DNA of 60,259 nt, counting the filler, from Aduncisulcus paluster (Eukaryota): NCBI GenBank assembly GCA_024181965.1. It is 5 parts of 5 records of this genome, joined end to end, with 100 filler letters (N's around TTAATTAATTAA, not from the genome) between each part and the next. Parts side by side here need not be neighbours in the genome. Positions count along the whole stretch, not along the records: positions 41,558 to 50,320 come from BQXS01010824.1; positions 50,421 to 60,259 come from BQXS01010825.1; 3 more parts are not named here. One strand, given 5' to 3'. The notes beneath the pieces were generated by a model. The model had not been told where the DNA came from. It saw only the letters and a list, made by a program, of their open reading frames with translations, and made no database searches. The position numbers and the translations under genes are program-made. Of this stretch, positions 48,239-59,283 are shown piece after piece; positions within the stretch are counted from its first letter, which is position 1, and every line of letters begins with the position of its first letter.

Positions 48239-48263
48239 TTTAATGTGAAATATTTATACTAAA

Positions 48264-50320
48264 ATGAAATATATTGATGTGACCGGCACAAAACGCAAAA
48301 TGATCATTTTGTCCCAAATGACAATAATTAGGGAAAAAGAAATACTTTCAAAATTTATTAATGCTACTATAAAATTCATATCAGAAATTCCTTTTTCGAC
48401 TAAAGCTTTTTCTCATGCTTGCTCAGAAATGCTTGTGTATATCGAAAAAGAAGAATTAATATTACAAAAAGAGAAAGAAATATGTCAAGAAACATCTATA
48501 TTATTTTGTAAAAGTAGCATTGATGCATTTTTGAAGGATTCGTTAGCCTATTGTGGCATATCAAATTGCGCCGCCATCATCCAGCGTTATTTTCCAAAAA
48601 TATTTGAAAATGAAGATATAAAACTTGAATATCTACTTGAATGCCCAAAAGGTGGTGCATTTTTATCAATATTATATGATAGAGCTCGGACCGGGTGTAA
48701 TCGTTCTCGAAAAGTGATGTTACGCATTATTTATATAACTCAACGACCTTTTTCAAGAATGCTTGGGAAGTGGATTCTTAGAGGAGAACTATATGATCCA
48801 CATAATGAGTTTTTTATCAAAGATAGGCTCGTTGGAATTTCTCCGACTCCTTTTGCTTCAGCTTACACTTCTAAATCACGCTCCGTTGCTCATATATCAT
48901 CTATATCCCTATTATCTTCCTCTATTTCCTCTTCGTCTGAACGTTGGGTTGTCGTTCCGTCTCTTCTTCCTCCTTTCCTTCCTTTGACATTGTGTGAACA
49001 GGTATTGAAATTGGGACGTCGTGCCATGGTTTTACGGTGCATTCAAGACCTCAAAAGGACTGGAGGTGCAAGGGAACTCACCTCTATGTCTCTGCCGTAC
49101 CATGACCCCTACACTCTTGCCCACTATCTTGGAGAAGAGGTTCAAGAGGAAGAGGATGAAAGCTACGAGGAGGAGAGTTGGGATTCATCGAGCTCAGATT
49201 CCAAAGTTGTTTTTAGTGGGTTGGCCGTCGGAGATGAAGAGGAAAAGAACGAAATGTCTAGTATTGATCACCTCGAAAATGAATTTGAACGTTTGTTTGA
49301 ATGGGAACGAAAAGAGGAAGAGATTCGTAGGATTGAAGAGGCCAGACAAGAACATAAACGACTCGAAGAAGAGAGGTTACGACTCCGTCGAGAAGAGGTC
49401 CGAGCTTCATGGGGATATTATCAAAAACTATTTGAAAAGGATGATTTTGATAGTGGAGATTCCATTGATGTAGAAAATGAAGATTGGGGTGTTAAATCTC
49501 CTCTAATAACCAAAAGGATCGAATCAATCGTATCACTCTTGCCGCCTCCATTATTTTCCCATGTGTATCATCCACCCTCTTCTTCACGAATCTCCTCTTT
49601 TGTAGATGTTGCGATCAGAATTATCAATAAGGATATTTGGACAGAATTGATGGGAGAAAGACAGCAACAGATTAAAGGTGAAGAAGGAGAAGAAGAAGAA
49701 GAAGAAAACGATAAAAGTTTGTTGATAAACTCACTTGTTAAAGATGGAGAAAGGATCCCAAAGCTTGGTCATCAGAGAAGTGGGCTTTCTATTATTGTTT
49801 CTGGTGTTGAGGGGGAGAGTGCTAACCTAATGCGACATCCCTCTTCATCTTATCTCTCGCCCTCGTTTCGAGGTCCTTGCTTGGCTAGCGTATCAAGTAT
49901 GCGACCAATAGCGAGTCTTTCCCCTTCATCTCCTCTTTTGTCTTTTCTTTGTGGAATGTTTGACTTGGTTTTGATGGTAAGAGGAGATCTTTGGGGGTCA
50001 TGGATTGATAAATGTCTAAACACTCATGAGTATGGGTCCTTTGAGACTCCATCAACATCAATTAAACAAACTCAGCCCAATTCTACCTCCTCTTCTTCCT
50101 CTTCTCTTTCTTTGCCTCAATTCTCACCCTTATCTCCTTCTGCACCTTCCTTGCTTTCCCTGACTTTTCTTCTATCATCTGTTCTTTCTTTTCTCTCTTC
50201 CTTCGGATCTATTCCTTCTCATACCCTTTCTGTGTGCAAATGTTGTAAATTGGTCTGGGTTGAACCAGAGTATGAAATCATTCAATCTGCAAATTCCATT
50301 GAAGGATCTAAGCAAAGAAA
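48264..50320 (+). CDS. Gamma-tubulin complex component (Spc97/Spc98, GCP family), 3'-truncated
   Basis: GRIP1 motif KGGAFLSILYDRARTG...PFSRMLGKWILRGELYDPHNEFFI, LPPFLPLTLCEQVLKLGR and GRIP2 start LVLMVRGDLW. GCP subtype not assignable by eye. Confidence 0.82.
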
Positions 50321-50420
50321 NNNNNNNNNNNNNNNNNNNNNNNNNNNNNNNNNNNNNNNNNNNNTTAATTAATTAANNNNNNNNNNNNNNNNNNNNNNNN
50401 NNNNNNNNNNNNNNNNNNNN
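50321..50420. other. Artificial contig spacer
   Basis: N44-TTAATTAATTAA-N44. Confidence 0.97.
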
Positions 50421-50421
50421 C

Positions 50422-51738
50422 TTCAAGACCACCGGAACTGTCCTTGACGAGTGTTTCCCCTACCCTGAGGAGACCTACCTTCTCGGAATTGTCCCTGCCT
50501 GTCCCACCACCTGTACCGATGGTTCTTCCCTTGTTCACTACAAGTCTACCGAGACCTTCGCTGTGACTGGTGTTGACAACATCATGGCTGAGATTTACAA
50601 CAATGGTCCCGTTGAGGTTTCCTTCAACGTCTACTACGACTTCGAGGTTTACACCAGTGGTATCTACGAGCACACCTGGGGTCCCTACATGGGAGGCCAC
50701 GCTGTTAAGGCTGTTGGTTGGGGTGTTGAAGACGGTACTGACTACTGGATCATCGCCAACTCCTGGGGAGCTGACTGGGGAGAAGACGGTTACTTCCGTA
50801 TTGTTAAGGGTGTTAACGAGTGTGGCATTGAGGGTAATGTTACCGCTGGTACTCCCGACCTTGACCACATCGGTGCCTCTGACGCCGCTCTCCTCCAAGA
50901 TGCTGAGAAGATTGCTGAGCACAACGCCAGCAACTCCAAGTGGACTGCCAAGATGTACGACCGTTTCCAGGGCCTGACTATTTCTGAAGCCCAGAAACTC
51001 CTCCGTACTTCCACTGAGCGTCCTGTTCTCCCCGTCAAGCGTCACTTCATGTCTGCTGATGCTCTTCCCGACTCCTTTGAATCCACCACTGCCTGGCCTG
51101 GACTTATTGGAGGTATCCGTGACCAAGGTGAATGTGGTTCTTGCTGGGCTTTCAGTTCTTCTGAAGTTCTTTCTGACCGTTGCGCCATTGCTCGTGGTTC
51201 CAACTTCGTTGAGCTTTCCCCTGAGTACCTTGTCTCTTGTGACACAGCTAACGATGGCTGTAATGGAGGTAACCTTGACTTCGTGTGGGCTTTCTTGAAG
51301 AACACTGGAGATGTCACCGAAGAATGCTTCCCTTACGCTGATGTCACTTATAATGACGGTGAGGAGCTTCCTTGTCCTACTACTTGTGATGATGGCTCTG
51401 CTTTGACCTTCTACAAGGCTTCCAACTTCTACAACGTTGACTCTAACGAGACTTCCATCGCCACCGAGATCATGAACAACGGTCCTGTTTCTGCTGCCTT
51501 TAACGTCTACCAAGACTTCTACTCCTACACCAGTGGTATCTACGAGCACACCTGGGGTTGGTACATGGGAGGTCATGCCATCAAGATTGTTGGTTGGGGT
51601 ATTGAGAGCACCACCAAGTACTGGACTGTTGCCAACTCTTGGGGAGCTGACTGGGGAGAAGATGGTTTCTTCCGTATAGTCAAGGGTGACAACGAGTGTG
51701 GTATTGAATCCGCCGTTGTTGCTGGTCTCTGTGCCTAA
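50422..51738 (+). CDS. Cathepsin B-like (C1A) cysteine protease with at least two tandem protease domains; 5'-partial
   Basis: First partial domain has GGHAVK..ANSWG..NECGIE. An internal propeptide (WTAKMYDRF.GLT) follows, then a full domain with IRDQGECGSCWAF, GCNGG, GGHAIK, ANSWG. Strong C/T-ending codon bias. Confidence 0.93.
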   Translation, partial: FKTTGTVLDECFPYPEETYLLGIVPACPTTCTDGSSLVHYKSTETFAVTGVDNIMAEIYNNGPVEVSFNVYYDFEVYTSGIYEHTWGPYMGGHAVKAVGWGVEDGTDYWIIANSWGADWGEDGYFRIVKGVNECGIEGNVTAGTPDLDHIGASDAALLQDAEKIAEHNASNSKWTAKMYDRFQGLTISEAQKLLRTSTERPVLPVKRHFMSADALPDSFESTTAWPGLIGGIRDQGECGSCWAFSSSEVLSDRCAIARGSNFVELSPEYLVSCDTANDGCNGGNLDFVWAFLKNTGDVTEECFPYADVTYNDGEELPCPTTCDDGSALTFYKASNFYNVDSNETSIATEIMNNGPVSAAFNVYQDFYSYTSGIYEHTWGWYMGGHAIKIVGWGIESTTKYWTVANSWGADWGEDGFFRIVKGDNECGIESAVVAGLCA

Positions 51739-52092
51739 GCTTCAAGCTTAACAAGTTGTGTTATTGTGATTTGATGTGAATGTTCGTGTTTTACTCACTT
51801 TTTTTTTATTAATAACCTGGTTCTCTCTCTCGTTTCTTAAAAAAAAGAACAGTTCTTCGATAACCTGTTCTACTGTATTGTCAATGTGACGTTTCTAAGA
51901 ATGCATTTTCTTGTAATCTATTTTAATTTTAAAATAAATCTAATTGATATCTAGAACAATTATAATAATTTTCTGATGTTGAAATGAAGAAATAACTGCA
52001 AATAAGTTGTGATTACCAAAACATGTTTTGTACTACGGTTGGGTGAATTAAAACTAAACATTTATTTTAAAAAATATATTTAATCTAATTAT

Positions 52093-53253
52093 ATGGACGG
52101 ATCACTTAAAACAGTTGTTATTGACCCAGGTTCTTCTTGTGTAAAGGTTGGGTTTTCTTCAGACAATACCCCCGTGAGTATATTTAATAATGTTACTGGA
52201 AAATCGAAACATCCATTAATTTCCTCAGGAATGGGTGGAAAAGATGTATATGTTGGCGATGAGGTTCTCTCCCAGCAGAGAATTCTTGATATTAAACGTC
52301 CTGTTCAACGAGGCGTTATTGTTGATGAAGAATTACTTGTCCAAACATTTGTACATTCATATGAAAAGAGTTTAAAAGTTGATCCAATCTCCCACCCACT
52401 CCTTCTTGCTCTTCCTTCCCTTATTGGGAAAACTGTGAAAGAAGATCTTACTCAACTTCTATTTGAAGAGCTATCTGTGCCTTCCTTATCGATGTGTCTT
52501 GGTCCAGCCCTGTCAGTCTTTGCAACTGGGCGTACATCTGGTGTGGTTGTCGATATTGGTGGTGGATGCACTGAAATCATACCAATGGTCGATGGAGTTC
52601 CGCTATCTCAGTCATATTGTAAGGTTCAGATGGGAGGAATGGATCTAACGGAGAGACTCGCCAGAGATATCATAGCCTCCACTGAACGTCTTGATTTCCC
52701 TTCTCTATCTTCTTCTCCTTCCTTATTCGACATTTATTCCAAGATGAAAGAAGATAGTTGTTATGTATCAATGAATTTTGAGGCAGAACTCCGTGCAACT
52801 GCACATTCAAAAGATCACTCTGCTATCCACCGTTCCCACGTGTTCAAGCTACCCGATGGAAAAGAAATAACGATGGACAAAGAGCGATTCCTCTGTTCCG
52901 AAGGTCTATTTCATCCCTCAATCCTTGGTAAAGAGAGTGCCGGTATTCCAGAGCTTGTTGCTGGTGTCGTGAGTGAAGTAGGTGTTGATGTAAGAAGCAG
53001 AATGTGGTCTAGCGTTATTCTGAGTGGTGGAACGACACTTTTACCACGCTTTAATGAACGTATGGACACTGAACTGTCTGAACTGAGTAATGGAAAGAAA
53101 GTTAGCATCGTGGCCAATGAGAATCGACTCATTTTGAATTGGATGGGTGGATCTCTTGTTGCTTCTCTGCCAACTTTCAGAGATTTATTCGTGTCAAAGG
53201 AAGAATACGAAGAAATAGGGCCCAGTATTTGTCTAAAGAAAGGTTTCTTCTGA
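52093..53253 (+). CDS. Actin-related protein (divergent, not conventional actin)
   Basis: VVIDPGSSCVKVGF, VYVGDE, GRTSGVVVDIGGG, FKLPDG, ERFLCSEGLFHPS, ILSGGTT, WMGGSLVASL, SKEEYEEIGPSI. Confidence 0.9.
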   Translation: MDGSLKTVVIDPGSSCVKVGFSSDNTPVSIFNNVTGKSKHPLISSGMGGKDVYVGDEVLSQQRILDIKRPVQRGVIVDEELLVQTFVHSYEKSLKVDPISHPLLLALPSLIGKTVKEDLTQLLFEELSVPSLSMCLGPALSVFATGRTSGVVVDIGGGCTEIIPMVDGVPLSQSYCKVQMGGMDLTERLARDIIASTERLDFPSLSSSPSLFDIYSKMKEDSCYVSMNFEAELRATAHSKDHSAIHRSHVFKLPDGKEITMDKERFLCSEGLFHPSILGKESAGIPELVAGVVSEVGVDVRSRMWSSVILSGGTTLLPRFNERMDTELSELSNGKKVSIVANENRLILNWMGGSLVASLPTFRDLFVSKEEYEEIGPSICLKKGFF

Positions 53254-53620
53254 ATCTGAGGCTCAGATTCAGCTGTGATTGATGGAAAGTAGATCAATAA
53301 AATAAAATCATTCTTAACAAACAACCATCTATTTATATCCCAATAAATCCCCCCAATGTATGAAATTATACACTATACACGCCATTCCGGCATTCATTTT
53401 CCTATCTCTGGAGGTCAACAATATTATCAAATATAGATGTTTTTTAGTTCACAAATTTATACATTTATATCACTCTCATGACATGGACTTCCTTGGTTAT
53501 ATTCTCAATATCGATATAATTGGAGTTTGAAACGAATTGTCCATTTTCTCCGAGTTAAGAACAATACCCATTTTTTTGAGGGGATATTTTTATTTGTAAA
53601 TTGCGGTGAAATATTATAAA

Positions 53621-56600
53621 ATGCCTCCAGGTAAAGCAAAAGAAGCACCAACAACTTCTAGTGTTTCAGAAGGCTCTCCTGCTATGGATAAGAGAAGTGG
53701 AGAGGAAACATCCGAAGAATCACCATTTACAAGTTCTAGTAGTTCAACAGATGTTGGTGTATGTTGTAATTATTTGTTTTGTTTCCTTCTAATTTCCAAA
53801 TTAGTTCTTACTCTAAAATGACAACTTTTGAACCAACAATGATTTTTTATACAAACTTTTTATAAATAGATTTATTCTGATACAATTGAGGCTCAGCCAA
53901 TTTCTCGAGCTGATCCATTTCTAGGGTTCGGTCGTACTGATATTATTCCTATCCCTCGGGATGATCCGACCCTTATTTTTGCTGAATTCGAAGATATTAA
54001 ATTGGAACATGACAAACCTGTGGGATTCCGTTTTCCAAAACCATCCTCCACAAAAGGGGCGTATATATCATTTAGGTATAATTTGCCTTCTCCCCAACTT
54101 ATTTTCAAGTTTACTTCTTCTTCAGGGGAAAAAACAACCAAACATTATACATTTTCTAGATTTAAAAGACATGAATGGTTCTATCTTCCAATCGATCTCC
54201 CTGATATTGATAGATTTGTGATGATTGTCGAAGATTCTGGAGAAAAAGCTATTAGAATCGACTCCCTTGCTTTTGTTCGAGAAGAAACACCCGAAGAATC
54301 AACTGCTCATAAATCTAAAGAAACAGCTCTTGAGAAGCTCTGGTCTGAAGCTATAGTTGTGACACCTAAATTTATAAATGAAGGAGATAGATATTCTATT
54401 TCTATTCCTCGTGATGATCCAACAATCATTGATCCTGCATATGAAATGGTGAATGGGAGTGACAATTTATATAGTAAGGAATTTCATGAATATGATAAGA
54501 GTTCAAGAGCGCAAGAAATGTTAAAGGGGGAATGTGATGTCACCTTATCTCATCTTTCCATACCTTTTCTTTCACCAAGTGCTATGAAAGGTGCTTATAT
54601 CTATGTGGTTAAAAAGTCATATATGCATGAATATGCCAGTTCACCCTCTCTTCTCTTCACTTTCACTCTTTCTAATGGTGAGAAGATACCCAAGAAATAT
54701 GAATTTTCAAAACAACCTGAACATTGGGATGAATGGCACTTCCTTCATATTGATTTATCAAATGTTGTTTTATGTGAGATTCAAGGGAAAGGAATGTGGA
54801 AAGAGAAAAACAGTCGGGTCTTTAACATCAAATCTCTTGTTTTCATCCGAGAAGAAACCTCCGAGGAACGTACTGCTCGTGAAGTGCATGAACGTTGCTG
54901 GGCAGAAACTGTATGTTTTTTATTATTTGTTTGTTCTATTTAAGTGAAACCTTTAATTTATTCACCAATCTTATGACTTTTGTGATTCTTTATTTCGTAT
55001 TTTTATTTCAATGATCATTGCTACGAATTTTAGCCAATTTCTAAGCCAGAATTCATGAACCCAGGAGATGCCAGTTTTATTCCTATTCCTCGTGATGATC
55101 CAGATATTATTAATCCTTCATTTGATTTGGTGAAGGCAAAAGATGATTCAAATAGGAAGGAATCTAGGCATTATGATCAGAGTTCTAAAGCACAGAAAAT
55201 GTTAAAAGGAGATTATTCTTTTGTTAATTTTTCTCATCTTTCCATACCTTTCCCATCACCTAGTCCCATGAAAGGTGCATATATCTGTGTTCATGAGGAT
55301 TATAGTTCACCCTCTCTTCTCTTCACCTTAACTCTTTCTAATGGTACAAAGACATTCAAGAAGTATGAATTTTCAGAACCTAAACATGAATATGAATGGC
55401 ACTTCCTCCCTATTGATTTAGAAAATGTTGTTTTGTGTGAAATTGAAGGGAAAGGAACATGGGAAAAGAAGAATAGTCGATATTTTCGTATCGAATCTCT
55501 TGTGTTCCTCAAAAGACACATATACACGAGAGAAGTTACTTTTGTTCATGAAGGAAGATATTCATGTATTCCGATCCCAAGAGACGCACCAAATATTATT
55601 GATCCTGAATTTGGAGGGATTGAGGCAAGGAATGGCACTCGTGATAGGGTGAATAGGAGTGAAAATGCCAAAAGAATGATTAAAGGGGAGGGTTTAAGAA
55701 ATTATTTCACCCATATTTCCATCCCTTTCAAATCTCCTTCCACTCCCATTAAAGGTGCTTATATATGTTTGCCAAGTTCGAGTCATGGTGCATTTCCAGA
55801 ACATCTCATCTTTACTTTCACTTCTTCTACAGGGAAAATACGATCCATTAAGTATGAATTTCCTTCCTTTGCAATGGAAAGATGGTATTTCCTTCCAGTT
55901 GATCTTTCCGATGTTGTTTTGTGCGAGATTGAAGGGGAATCTAAACGGAAAGGAGAGGAAAGATTTGAATTTTTTCTTGAATCTCTTGCTTTTGTTCAAG
56001 AAGAAACTCCTGAAGAAGAGCATACCCGAAAATCGACTGAAGTTCTGATATCAAAAATGTGGACTGAAGCTGTACGTTTGATATTTCTTTGTTTTTATCT
56101 TTGTTCTTTATTTCTTTATGTTTATTGATAACAATATATTTATCCAAATTATTTCCATTTATTTAGTCAACTATAATACCTGAGTTTATTGCAGAAGGAG
56201 ATGATGATTCCCCTCCAATTCCTCGAGATGATCCACGTGTTATCAATCCTTCATTTGAATTGGTAAAGGGAAAGAATGATTCAATGAGTAAGGAATCTGA
56301 GAAATATGATATGAGTTCTAGAGCACAGAAAATGTTAATAGGGGAAGATTATGTTTACTTATCCCATCTTTCCATACCTTTCCCATCACCTAGTCATATG
56401 AAAGGTGCTTATATCTGTGTTCAAAAAGATGATTGTTCACCTCAACTTCTCTTTACTTTCACTCTTTCTGATGGTACAAGGACATCTAAGAAGTATAAAT
56501 TCAGAAAAATTGATGAAAATCGTGAATCGAAATGGTATACCGAATATGAATATGAATGGCTCTTGCTCCCAATTGATTTACCAAATGTTATCTTATGTGA

Positions 56601-58488
56601 GATTCAAGGGAAAGGAACATGGAAAGAGAAAAACAGTCGTGATTTTGAAATTTACTCCCTTATTTTCATCACAGGTGATGATATTCCTCCTCTCCCATCT
56701 GATTCTTCCAAACTTGTCAAACATGACTCCTTCACTCTCACTTCCTCTGCAACCATCACTCCTCAGTGCATCATTGGTCAGGGCGGATTTGGTGAAGTTA
56801 TTCTTGTCAAGGTTGAAGGTATTCCCATTCCTTGTGTTCTGAAGAAGATGCTTCGGAAAGCTGATGAAAAAGTTGTCAAGACATGTCGCAAGGAATTTAG
56901 AGTTCAAAGAAAGTTGTTTAACAACCCCAAATGTTTCAATCGTATATCACGTCCTTTGTATATTCTTGATCTTCTTGATGCAGATTTGAAGGGAGTTTAT
57001 GGATTCCTTATGGAGTTTTGTATTGGAGGCAGTGTGAGTTCATTTGCAAAGAAATGGTGTGTTGTTGATAAGTCTGAAAGTCAAGGGGAAGAAGGAGAGG
57101 AAGAAGAATGCTCTTCTTCAGAAGAAGATAGTGATGATCACATAGATTTTGATCCCATGACATTAAACCCTGTGAAAGTGAGTGCCTTGTGTGTTGGAAT
57201 GATTGAATGTCTTGATGATGTGTTCACTGCCAAACCAAAACTTACTCATCGAGATATTAAACCTGACAACTTCCTTATTCGTGTTGATCCCAAAGATGGA
57301 GAATGTACTGTTGTTCTCTCTGATCTTGGATTGGTCCAGATCTTAGATTCCATATCATCTTCAACAACTACCAAATCAGGTTTGATTCAACCTATTCATC
57401 TTGATACGAAAAAGGAAACTCAAAATCAAACCCCATCTAAATGTGGAACTCTTGTGTATAATTCTTATGAAACACTTCGAGATGGCAAGCAATCTCAGAA
57501 GAGTGATGGATATTCTCTTGGAATGTCTATTCTCGCTTTATTCTTTTCTGAACATCCCTATGTTTCATTGCCATTATTCAGAGAAGTTGTTAGAAAACAC
57601 TTGGGAGATGATTTTAGGATCATGAAAACTCTTATTGATCTGATGGAAAATAGCATGTCTCCAAGACTTCTCCGATCTCCCTTGTTTAGATCTTTGAAGA
57701 CCCTTGAAGGAGGTAAATTCCAACCTGTTCATGAATGTTTGAATGAAGTGTTCACAGGACTCACCCAACTCGATGTTGACAAACGTATGAGTGTGCATGA
57801 AGCTCGCAAGAAGGTGCAAAGCATCAAACATTTACTGCCAGAGATTGGGGAAGGGTTTAAATGTCCATATGTTGAGGATATTATCAAGGAACAAAAACGT
57901 AAACATTTTGGTTCTGGAACTATTATTGGTGGTCCAATGAGTCATTCAGAAGTACAGGAATCTACAATTAAATCACATGATATTATTGATGGTAGAGATC
58001 ATGATGAGAGTGAAAAAGAGAGTGAAGAAAAAAGTGGAAGAGATAAGGAACATGAAACTCAATCAATGTCTTCAAAACTTCAAACTACATTGGATCAGAG
58101 CCCTGAAAAGGACAACAGAGATATGCCTTCTTATATGTTACATCAAGATGAGCTTGAAGGCGAAACAAGTGGTTCACATTCCATAATTACATTAACAGAT
58201 TCCATAAAAGCTTCAAAACTTCAAAGTACAGAGAAAGATACCAGAGATGTTCCTCGATATTTATTACATGAACCTGATAGAGGAACAAGTAATCATTCAG
58301 AAGTTCAAAATCCTATTATTTCTCCATGTGATATTGTTATAACGAAAACTTCTTCCAATACTTCTTCTTCTCCAAGAATTATCCAGGGGCCAGAAGATGT
58401 TTTTGACTATGATAAAGATCATGATGAGAGTGAGGAAAGGGAAAGAGATGGAATTTGTTCCAAATTATGCTGTTTCTGTGGCTTTTGA
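53621..58488 (+). CDS. Four-exon ~1,512-aa protein kinase with five N-terminal ~150-aa repeat modules (exons 53621-53758, 53870-54910, 55034-56071, 56167-58488)
   Basis: Phase-0 introns 53759-53869, 54911-55033 and 56072-56166 join the ORF-track fragments in frame. Repeat consensus IPRDDP..SHLSIPF..KGAYI..LLFTFT..KKYEF..EWxFLPIDL..CEI.G. Kinase motifs GQGGFG, VLKK, HRDIKPDN, DLG, GTLVYNSYE. Cys-rich end CSKLCCFCGF. Confidence 0.87.
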
Positions 58489-59283
58489 AAAATGGAATTA
58501 TTGGTGGTCCAGTGAGTGATTATGAAGAATCAAGTTATTCAATCCCAGTAACGAGTGAATATGATTATGATTCTTTGAGTATCTCTTCAACCAAGCAGAG
58601 TTCTATTGAATCTCGGGATTATCTTGAATCGAGAGGATTGGATAGGGAGAAAGAAGAATAATGGATATATTGATGAGTTAGAATACTGGATCATAGAGAT
58701 ATTCGCTTGTATTGGGGGATTTGAAGATGATCATCTTCATTGGGACAAAGTGGAGTTAATATGCATGAATGGAGAGAAAGGTGAATAGATCTAGATTATT
58801 GAATAAATGAGTCTTGGAACAGACCTTAAAATAGATTGAAATCAGCCTGAAATGCCGCCAAAGAAAGGATGTGGGAAACCTTAATCTGACATCAAGAGAG
58901 CAATCTACCTCGAGAGACATTCATATCATAGAAAGCGATGTTGTTAAAGGGATTGCAAAAAGCCTGGAATTGTAAAAACCTTGGATTATGACCGTTTACT
59001 AATTGATGAGAAACTGAAGAGAAAAGTTTGATTTTAACCACTGAGAGATGAAAATAATGGAAAAATAACGGCATTACAGAAATAGCTTAATTTGGGAGAA
59101 TAAATACTCTACTAAGTTCAATTAATGTTCTAATATCAAAGGATTTCTGTGATTGTATTAAAAACATGATTTCTGACTTGATATTGCCAAGAGAATAGGT
59201 TCAAGTAATCAATACAACCAGAGGTATATATAATACATATGATGTAATAGCATTATTAATATTAATATTTTTTATCCGAATTA

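Noticed and set aside
50365-51576. 403-aa antisense ORF over the cathepsin gene
   Set aside because: It is a by-product of strong codon bias on the sense strand and has no protein-like motifs.
52093-53253. Calling this gene conventional actin
   Set aside because: It is too divergent (DPGSSCVK rather than DNGSGMCK, no TEAPLNP), so it is called only actin-related.
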